DNA from: an uncultured Bacteroidales bacterium
GTDB taxonomy: Bacteria; Bacteroidota; Bacteroidia; Bacteroidales; Paludibacteraceae
Length of the DNA stretch: 64,000 bases
Direction of reading: 5' to 3'
Assembly: GCA_902792535.1 (NCBI GenBank)
Contig: CADAZU010000007.1
Span: 5,968 to 69,967, forward strand
Below are positions 46,923-53,030 of the stretch, piece after piece. The number at the start of each line of letters is the position of its first letter. The stretch's first letter is position 1. Made by a program: the position numbers and the translations under genes. The notes beneath the pieces were generated by a model, which saw only the letters and a list, made by a program, of their open reading frames with translations, did no database searches and had not been told where the DNA came from.

Positions 46923-47443
46923 GGCCGTTTGAAAAATTTATACGTTGTAGGACCCAATGTTGTCTCGACACGCAGAAAATAATACCCCGGCGGTAATTGA
47001 CTGATATCCACGTTTCGGTCACTGGCGAACATCAGATGCCCGTTCCAATCGGCCACAATGATTCGCCTTACCCATAGAGAACCGGTAAAATCGGTTTTCC
47101 AGCAACCTATCCGGATGGAATAAAGACCTGTGTGTGTAATCGGGCAAGAGATCTCACCGTAACTGAGTCCGTAGAAATAGTCCTCGTTGTTGCGGTTGCT
47201 TTGCTCCTCCTGTATTACGACATAGGACACGGCTTCTTTCTGCGTTTGGATGAAGAGGGTGTTGCCGGATAGCGACGCCCGGAACTGGTTCGGGTCAGTA
47301 GGATCCGGTGTACTGCCGGTCGGTCCGTCCATCGGCATATAGGCAAAGACCGACATTTTCAGCGGTATAGAGATCGTGTCATTCGCCCGAATGGAGAAAG
47401 AGACGAAGCAAAGGAACACTATGAAAATGAGACGTTTAGGCAT
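46919..47443 (-). CDS. DUF3244-like secreted protein with T9SS-like C-terminal tail
   Basis: Start set to the ATG at 47443 (MPKRLIFIVFLCFVSFSIRA). ...FRASLSGNTLFIQTQKEAVSYVVIQEE...GLYSIRIG...FTGSLWV resembles the DUF3244 pattern. The C-terminus ...VDISQLPPGYYFLRVETTLGPTTYKFFKRP resembles a Por sorting domain. Confidence 0.55.
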   Translation of the reverse strand: MPKRLIFIVFLCFVSFSIRANDTISIPLKMSVFAYMPMDGPTGSTPDPTDPNQFRASLSGNTLFIQTQKEAVSYVVIQEEQSNRNNEDYFYGLSYGEISCPITHTGLYSIRIGCWKTDFTGSLWVRRIIVADWNGHLMFASDRNVDISQLPPGYYFLRVETTLGPTTYKFFKRP

Positions 47444-48695
47444 GGCTGTTGGCGATCGATCGTAAGGTATCTTGCAGCTGTTTGGCACTCACACCAAGCC
47501 GTTTGGCGATGAGGTATTTGTCTTTTCCGATGCCGTTCTCTGCGCGGAAGAGGATCTGCGCCATTTCGGCATAGGAGAAGCCGATGAGGACGAGGACACA
47601 GATGCGGATGTCGCGCTCCGGGAGTCCTCTCTGCTCCAGTTTGGAGACGATGCCAAACAGCAGTTTGTTGCAGATCACAGAGAATTGGCGGTAGTCGTTC
47701 CATTGGAGCTCCGAGCGGATGTCCGGCGATTGGCGGAGGAGACGGCATTGGGCGTCCAGCGCGTTCTTGCGGCGGCTGGAACGGAGATAGAGCCATGCGG
47801 CAAGAGCCAAAAGAAGCAGTATTGCTGTAGCAATAAGCGCGAAGAGGGTTTGGGGTTTCAGAGGCGGCGAATAAGGCTGAAGGGCTTGCTGCGCAAGGAG
47901 CATGGCTTCTATCCATTCGGGGTTGTTGCGTTCCAGCGAACGCTGGATGTCCGCCCTTGCGGACGCCAAGTCGCGGATGTCGTCTGCCGCTGCCGTTGAG
48001 TCACAATGGGTGAGGATATAACAGGCATCGTCCAGATAGCGAGGATTGTCCGTTTCGGCGAGGACTTGGCGGGCATAGAAGAGCGCGGAGTCCTTGTGGT
48101 TCAGGAAGGTATATGCCTGCGCGCGGAGGATGGCAAAATAGGGAGAGGAGTTTTGGGCGAAGTCGAGCGCGGACGTTGGGGCGGAGTCGAGCGCGGGCTT
48201 TGGGGCGGTATAAAAGAGGACGGAGTCGTATTCGGCGGCATAGAGACAAGCGGCGGCGCGAGATTCGAGGACTTTGGTCTGTACGGCTTCGGAGGACGAG
48301 ATGGCAAGGGCTGAGTCGAGAAGTTGAAAGGCGGTTTGTTTGTCCGCAAGGACTGCTTTTTCCCACGCCATATTGTTGAGCGCGAAGGCTTGCGCGAGGG
48401 AGTCTTTTGCGGCTACGAACTGATTGAGGGATTGGCGGTAGAGATCGAAGGCGAGTTCGTGCTGTTCGCCTATCCGGCACATGGTAGCCATGTTGCTGTA
48501 CGAACGTCCTTTGACGGCAAACTCCTCGGACGGAACACGCACGGCGGAGAGAAAAGCCTGCATGGCTTCGACCGGCTGACCGGCTTCGCGGGCTTGTTTG
48601 CCTTGGAGATAATACGACTCGGCTGTCGGCGAAGCACAAGCCACCGACAGCAGGAGAAAGAGAGAGAGGAATCCTATTTGACGATGCGCGCGCAT
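47436..48695 (-). CDS. Membrane-spanning regulator: lipoprotein-type signal, periplasmic TPR-like domain, one TM helix, cytoplasmic LuxR/HTH-like domain
   Basis: 419 aa. ...LLLSVAC signal, TPR-like helices, TM LFALIATAILLLLALAAWLYL. C-terminus ...LPERDIRICVLVLIGFSYAEMAQILFRAENGIGKDKYLIAKRLGV.... Same topology as the SusR-like protein at 9513..11057. Confidence 0.65.
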   Translation of the reverse strand: MRAHRQIGFLSLFLLLSVACASPTAESYYLQGKQAREAGQPVEAMQAFLSAVRVPSEEFAVKGRSYSNMATMCRIGEQHELAFDLYRQSLNQFVAAKDSLAQAFALNNMAWEKAVLADKQTAFQLLDSALAISSSEAVQTKVLESRAAACLYAAEYDSVLFYTAPKPALDSAPTSALDFAQNSSPYFAILRAQAYTFLNHKDSALFYARQVLAETDNPRYLDDACYILTHCDSTAAADDIRDLASARADIQRSLERNNPEWIEAMLLAQQALQPYSPPLKPQTLFALIATAILLLLALAAWLYLRSSRRKNALDAQCRLLRQSPDIRSELQWNDYRQFSVICNKLLFGIVSKLEQRGLPERDIRICVLVLIGFSYAEMAQILFRAENGIGKDKYLIAKRLGVSAKQLQDTLRSIANSHA

Positions 48696-48880
48696 CAGTC
48701 GTTCACCGGCGATTGAGGGGTCTCTACGACCTCCTCGGGGGTCGGGATACCGTACATCGGCATAGGAGGATCGGGAGAGCCGTACTTAACCAAGGGTTCC
48801 TTGCAACCGCTGAGTCCCAGCAGGGACAGGATTGCCGCGCCCAAGAAGGCGTTTGTGCGAGTTAAAAGTTTCTTTCTCAT
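48695..48880 (-). CDS. 61-aa lipoprotein-like peptide P2 with YG.P motifs (paralog of P1)
   Basis: MRKKLLTRTNAFLGAAILSLLGLSGC|KEPLVKYGSPDPPMPMYGIPTPEEVVETPQSPVND. ATGA overlap with P3 and a 1-nt TGATG overlap with the regulator gene. Confidence 0.65.
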   Translation of the reverse strand: MRKKLLTRTNAFLGAAILSLLGLSGCKEPLVKYGSPDPPMPMYGIPTPEEVVETPQSPVND

Positions 48881-49086
48881 AATGATTCATTATTATCGGA
48901 TGTGTCGTTTGCAACGGAACGGAGTTGCTGCTCCATTTTCTGCTGGTCTTTTTGGAAGTCCGGTTCGTTCTGCCAATATCTTTCCGACGGCGCCGGTCCA
49001 TAGCAGGCAGCGAAGGTGAATGCCACGCCGGTAAGCAGGCAGAGTTTGATGCCGAGTCGGAGGAATGTGTCAATCAGTTTGCGCAT
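48877..49086 (-). CDS. 69-aa lipoprotein-like peptide P3
   Basis: Start set to the ATG at 49086, downstream of the promoter. MRKLIDTFLRLGIKLCLLTGVAFTFAAC|YGPAPSERYWQNEPDFQKDQQKMEQQLRSVANDTSDNNESL. Confidence 0.55.
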   Translation of the reverse strand: MRKLIDTFLRLGIKLCLLTGVAFTFAACYGPAPSERYWQNEPDFQKDQQKMEQQLRSVANDTSDNNESL

Positions 49087-49112
49087 AATGTCGGGTGTTT
49101 TGAAATCCGGTG

Positions 49113-49144
49113 CAAAGGTAGTGCTTTTTAAAGATATATGCAAA
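49113..49144 (-). promoter_or_regulatory. Canonical promoter (TTTG-N20-TAccTTTG) for the P3-P2-regulator-...-radical SAM operon
   Basis: The -7 box is the reverse complement of 49113..49120. The -33 is the reverse complement of 49141..49144. It shares the extended -33 word AATTTGCATATATC with the promoter at 49840..49871, and shares AATTTGCATATAT with the nadC promoter. Confidence 0.65.
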
Positions 49145-49201
49145 TTTCGGGGTTGGGAAAATAGTTGGGATTTTGGTTTTTGCCTTTCTAGGCGGAGTAG
49201 A

Positions 49202-49630
49202 TCAAAGGGTTGGGGGCTCTTTGCGGAGGATGGCACGGATGAAATTATCTATGCGGGCATAGATGGTGTAAGTGCCGTCCTTGGCGCGTGGAGCGATGGG
49301 GTCAGGAGTACCTTTAAGTTGGGCATTGAAGCGAGCCACGTAAGAGTCCAGGAGTGCCTGTTTCTGAGGCGTCAGGGGTGTTTTGTTTCTAAGTGCGTCG
49401 ATGAACTCTTGCGCCAGATGGGAGGCTTGTCCGAAAGCGGTTTGATTCGCTCTTTCGCGCGTCAGGACAGGGTTCGCTTTGTAGTTACGGGGTCGCGGGG
49501 TGTACGCCTCAAGACGTCCCACTTTCGCCACCGTGCCATCAAAATTGTAGAAGGTTTTGCGGCGCTCGACGAGTCCACCTCGGGCACCTCTGATTTCCTC
49601 AATGTCGGGAGTGTGTTTAATTCTAGCCAT
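49202..49630 (-). CDS. Hypothetical basic 142-aa protein
   Basis: MARIKHTPDIEEIRGARGG.... No signal peptide and no family recognised. It is the only long ORF in its interval and lies downstream of two candidate promoters. Confidence 0.5.
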   Translation of the reverse strand: MARIKHTPDIEEIRGARGGLVERRKTFYNFDGTVAKVGRLEAYTPRPRNYKANPVLTRERANQTAFGQASHLAQEFIDALRNKTPLTPQKQALLDSYVARFNAQLKGTPDPIAPRAKDGTYTIYARIDNFIRAILRKEPPTL

Positions 49631-49720
49631 ATATCGCGAATTTGAAGATTATTAACCGATTAGGTGTTTGCGGATGTGTAGCGGATATGGATCTTATAGC
49701 AAAGTACCTCGATTATGACG

Positions 49721-49772
49721 CACTTATCGCGCACTTATCTCCCACTTATCACGCACTTATCACGCACTAATT
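49721..49772. repeat. 11-bp tandem repeat (CACTTATCNCN) x 4 plus a degenerate fifth copy
   Basis: CACTTATC at 49721, 49732, 49743 and 49754, and CACTAATT at 49765. The period is exactly 11 bp. Confidence 0.9.
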
Positions 49773-49778
49773 CGGGCA

Positions 49779-49810
49779 CAAAAGTAGTAAAAAAAATTGG
49801 AATGTGCAAG
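49779..49810 (-). promoter_or_regulatory. Candidate promoter (cTTG-N20-TActTTTG)
   Basis: The -7 box is the reverse complement of 49779..49786. TTG at 49807..49810 on the reverse strand. It would start transcription at the edge of the 11-bp repeat array. Confidence 0.4.
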
Positions 49811-49839
49811 AGTTTGACACATTTTTTAGAAAAGTTGTG

Positions 49840-49871
49840 CAAAGATAGTACTTTTTTTTGATATATGCAAA
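49840..49871 (-). promoter_or_regulatory. Canonical promoter (TTTG-N20-TAtcTTTG) about 200 nt upstream of the 142-aa ORF
   Basis: The -7 box is the reverse complement of 49840..49847. The -33 is the reverse complement of 49868..49871. Confidence 0.6.
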
Positions 49872-49920
49872 TTTTTGAGAGATTTTTTTCGAAATATAAG
49901 AAATGGCACAGTTTTTGCTA

Positions 49921-49956
49921 CCGATATATCGGTAAATCGAGCTATCGATATATCGA
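49921..49956. promoter_or_regulatory. Two 12-bp palindromes sharing the core CGATATATCG, 24 bp centre to centre, upstream of the MoxR/Bat operon
   Basis: CCGATATATCGG at 49921..49932 and TCGATATATCGA at 49945..49956. Confidence 0.45.
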
Positions 49957-50025
49957 CAGCGAGAGAGAACTCGACGCTGACGCGGCGAGCACAAAACAAA
50001 GAAAATTTAAAAACACTATATAAAA

Positions 50026-51015
50026 ATGCAAGTAGATATCAGAGAATTGCAAGAGCGCGTGGAACGCGAGAGTTCTTTTGTGGATGCCTTGACGTTAGGC
50101 ATGAACCAAGTGATCGTAGGTCAGAAGCACCTCGTGGAGAGTTTGCTAATCGGTCTGCTGAGTGACGGGCATATATTGTTGGAAGGAGTGCCGGGCTTGG
50201 CTAAGACCTTAGCAATTAAGACATTGAGCGACCTCATCAAGGCGGATTTCAGTCGTATTCAGTTCACTCCGGATCTGCTGCCAGCCGATGTACTCGGTAC
50301 GCAGATTTACAGCCAGAAAAGCGAAGAATTCAAGATCAAGAGAGGTCCGATCTTCGCTAATTTTGTGCTGGCAGACGAGATCAACCGTGCTCCGGCGAAA
50401 GTGCAGAGCGCGTTGCTGGAGGCGATGCAGGAGCGTCAAGTGACGATCGGCGAGGAGACGTTCAAGCTGGACGATCCGTTCCTGGTTCTTGCCACCCAGA
50501 ACCCGATTGAGCAGGAAGGAACTTATCCTCTGCCGGAAGCGCAGACCGACCGTTTCATGCTGAAAGTGGTGATCGGTTACCCGAAGAAAGAGGAGGAGCA
50601 GGCCATCATCCGTCAGAACATTGCGAGCGAGAAAAAGACCGTTCTGCCGATCTTGAGCACGACGGATATTATCAAGGCGCGCAAGGTGGTCGAGGAGGTT
50701 TACCTGGACGAGAAGATCGAGAAATACATCGTCGATATCGTGTTTGCGACCCGCCAGCCGGAAGAGTACGGACTGAAGGAGTTGAAGCAGATGATCGCTT
50801 TCGGCGGCAGTCCTCGTGCCAGCATCAACCTCGCGAAGGCAGCGCGCGCGTACGCGTTTATTCATAGGAGAGGATACGTGACGCCGGAGGATGTGCGTGC
50901 TGTTTGCTACGACGTGCTGAGACACCGAATCGGCCTGACGTACGAAGCCGAGGCGAATAACATGACGACGGAGGATATTATTACCGAAGTATTAAACGCC
51001 GTACAGGTACCTTAA
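50026..51015 (+). CDS. MoxR family AAA+ ATPase
   Basis: 329 aa. Motifs: LLEGVPGLAKT (Walker A), FSRIQFTPDLLPADVLGT, VLADEINRAPAKVQSALLEAMQERQVTIG. Confidence 0.95.
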   Translation: MQVDIRELQERVERESSFVDALTLGMNQVIVGQKHLVESLLIGLLSDGHILLEGVPGLAKTLAIKTLSDLIKADFSRIQFTPDLLPADVLGTQIYSQKSEEFKIKRGPIFANFVLADEINRAPAKVQSALLEAMQERQVTIGEETFKLDDPFLVLATQNPIEQEGTYPLPEAQTDRFMLKVVIGYPKKEEEQAIIRQNIASEKKTVLPILSTTDIIKARKVVEEVYLDEKIEKYIVDIVFATRQPEEYGLKELKQMIAFGGSPRASINLAKAARAYAFIHRRGYVTPEDVRAVCYDVLRHRIGLTYEAEANNMTTEDIITEVLNAVQVP

Positions 51016-51040
51016 GGTTTTTGTTTTTTCGCGGTGTCTC

Positions 51041-51096
51041 CGGCTTTTCGGTTCGGTCATTATGGACCCCATAACTCCCTCACCGGAAAAACCAAA
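51041..51096. repeat. Copy 1 of a 56-58-bp intercistronic element (CGGCTTTTCGGTTCGGTCATTATGGACCCCATAACTCCCTCACCGGAAAAACC...)
   Basis: Nearly identical to 55822..55879, with weaker similarity extending about 25 bp on each side. Here it is nested in an outer inverted repeat TTTTTCGCG (51026..51034) / CGCGAAAAA (51102..51110). Confidence 0.9.
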
Positions 51097-51133
51097 TCCA
51101 CTCGCGAAAAATTCAAAAACAAGAAATTACTAA
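51062..51133 (+). CDS. Possible 23-aa micro-ORF inside repeat copy 1 (MDPITPSPEKPNPLAKNSKTRNY)
   Basis: An ATG-initiated frame conserved with 55843..55920. Ends 13 nt before the DUF58 start. Speculative. Confidence 0.2.
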   Translation: MDPITPSPEKPNPLAKNSKTRNY

Positions 51134-51146
51134 TGAGGCATATTTT

Positions 51147-52031
51147 ATGACTTCAGAAGAGTTATTACAGAAAGTTCGGAAGATAGAGATCAAGACACAC
51201 GGTTTGAGTCGGAATATCTTCGCAGGCGAGTACCACAGCCAATTCAAAGGCCGCGGTATGGCGTTCAGCGAGGTGCGCGAATACCAGCCGGGTGACGATG
51301 TTCGGTCGATCGACTGGAACGTGACCGCCCGTATGAACCGACCCTATATCAAAGTCTATGAAGAGGAGCGCGAGTTGACGGTGATGTTGCTTGTCGATGT
51401 CAGCGGAAGCCGTAATTTTGGCACAGTAAGCCAGATGAAACGCGACACGATTGCCGAAGTAGCCGCGACACTCGCATTCTCGACCATAGAGAACAACGAC
51501 AAGGTGGGCGTGATCTTCTTCAGCGACCAAGTGGAGAAATTTATTCCTCCCAAGAAAGGCAAGAGTCATGTGCTGCATATCATTCGCGAGCTGCTGAGCT
51601 TCGAGCCGGAGCACCATGGGACGGATCTGAATGCGGCTCTTCAATACCTGACGAACGCGCAGAAGAGACGGTGTACGGCGTTTGTGATAAGCGATTTCAT
51701 AACCCCACCCCAACCCTCCCCTCAAGGGAGGGGGCACGTAGATCCGGTGGTGATCGCGAGCCGGAAGCACGACCTGAGTGCTATACAGATATACGACCGG
51801 CGGGACGCGGAGCTGCCGGATGTGGGGCTGCTGAAAGTGAAAGACCCGGAGACGGGTGCACGCGTTTGGACAGACACGTCCGTGGCGAGTGTGCGCAAGG
51901 CTTATGCCGAGGCATGGCGGGCTCAACAGGCGGCACTCGAAGAGATGTACAACAAGACCGGCATGAACCATGTCGAGATCCGGACGGATGAAGACTATGT
52001 GAAGGCTTTAATGAGATTGTTTAAGAACTAG
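51147..52031 (+). CDS. DUF58 domain protein (MoxR-associated, VWA-like)
   Basis: 294 aa. FSEVREYQPGDDVRSIDWNVTAR, LLVDVSGS. In-frame GC-rich element insertion ...TPPQPSPQGRGH.... Confidence 0.9.
   Translation: MTSEELLQKVRKIEIKTHGLSRNIFAGEYHSQFKGRGMAFSEVREYQPGDDVRSIDWNVTARMNRPYIKVYEEERELTVMLLVDVSGSRNFGTVSQMKRDTIAEVAATLAFSTIENNDKVGVIFFSDQVEKFIPPKKGKSHVLHIIRELLSFEPEHHGTDLNAALQYLTNAQKRRCTAFVISDFITPPQPSPQGRGHVDPVVIASRKHDLSAIQIYDRRDAELPDVGLLKVKDPETGARVWTDTSVASVRKAYAEAWRAQQAALEEMYNKTGMNHVEIRTDEDYVKALMRLFKN
51703..51735. repeat. GC-rich hairpin element (CCCCACCCCAACCCTCCCCTCAAGGGAGGGGGC) in-frame in the DUF58 gene
   Basis: Stem CCCTCCC/GGGAGGG with loop CTCAA. Same 5' CCCCACCC arm as 12643..12673. 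Confidence 0.8.
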
Positions 52032-52064
52032 TCAAACCAGTCGAACTAGTTAAACTAGAATAAT

Positions 52065-53030
52065 ATGTTACAAAATATTTTATTAGCGATAGTAGTGAGT
52101 GCGAGTATCGACTCGACGATGCTGATGATCGGCGACCAGACGGACATGCACTTGAGCGTGACGCACGAGGCGGGCGAACAAGTGGAATGGCCTGCTTTCG
52201 GCGAGCAGTTGCAGGAAGGCATTGAGATCGTCGATCGCACGACACCGGACACCACTACCCTGCCCGACGGACGCGTTCAGATACACCAGGATCTGAAGCT
52301 GACGAGTTTCAAGGACAGCCTTTTTTCGATCAGCCCGATAGCCATCGCCAGCGGCGAGGACACTTTCCGGACGGATCCCATGGCGCTGAACGTCATTCAG
52401 CCGTTTGAGGTGGACACGACGCTCGCTATCACCGATATCAAGGACATCGAGCGGGCACCGATCTATTGGTGGGGTATCATCCGTTGGATTTTGCTCGTGC
52501 TGCTGAGTTGCGGACTGATCGCACTCGGTTTCTGGCTCTGGCGCAAGTACGACACTTACCGTCAACGCGAAGAAGAGCCGATCGATCCTGAGTTGCTGCG
52601 TCCGGCAGACGAGGTGGCTTTGGAGAAACTGGACGAGATCAAGGCGGCGAAGATCTGGAAGGACGGTAAGGTGAAGGAATACCAGACCGAGCTGACCGAC
52701 GTCGTGCGCGAGTACATCAGCCGGCGTTTCGGCGTGCAGAGCACGGAGAAGACGAGCGAAGAGACTCTGCGAGAATTGGAGCCAATTCTCGTTAAGGGAC
52801 AAAGGGACGATGTACAATGTACAAAGGAGGAGGGGAAAGCGCTTTATGAGCGGTTGGCAGGCATGTTGCGGACAGCGGACCTCGTGAAATTCGCCAAATG
52901 GCACACCACGCCGGACGAGAACGAGAGCGCTCTGACGACCGCTTATGACTTTGTGAAAGAGACAAAGGAAGTACCAAGTGACCAAGTACCAAGTGACCAA
53001 GTACCAAGTACAAAGGAGGAGGAATTATGA
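52065..53030 (+). CDS. Bat-operon membrane protein (BatD-like N-terminus, one TM, DUF4381-like C-terminal region)
   Basis: 321 aa. TM IIRWILLVLLSCGLIALGFWLW. ...ALEKLDEIK...VREYISRRFGV...T.EE... resembles DUF4381. Contains word-repeat insertions at 52794..52833 and 52959..53022. Confidence 0.6.
   Translation: MLQNILLAIVVSASIDSTMLMIGDQTDMHLSVTHEAGEQVEWPAFGEQLQEGIEIVDRTTPDTTTLPDGRVQIHQDLKLTSFKDSLFSISPIAIASGEDTFRTDPMALNVIQPFEVDTTLAITDIKDIERAPIYWWGIIRWILLVLLSCGLIALGFWLWRKYDTYRQREEEPIDPELLRPADEVALEKLDEIKAAKIWKDGKVKEYQTELTDVVREYISRRFGVQSTEKTSEETLRELEPILVKGQRDDVQCTKEEGKALYERLAGMLRTADLVKFAKWHTTPDENESALTTAYDFVKETKEVPSDQVPSDQVPSTKEEEL

Noticed and set aside
47419-48716. Alternative-frame ORFs inside the TPR/HTH regulator gene (47419..47916, 48001..48639, 48324..48716 and others)
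   Set aside because: They overlap a frame with coherent signal, TPR, TM and HTH architecture. Their translations are P/R-rich with no features.
49767-49994. 75-aa minus-strand ORF in the divergent region upstream of moxR
   Set aside because: It spans two promoters and the palindrome pair. Its sequence is low-complexity and I/Y/K/F-rich as expected from AT-rich DNA, and no start context was seen.
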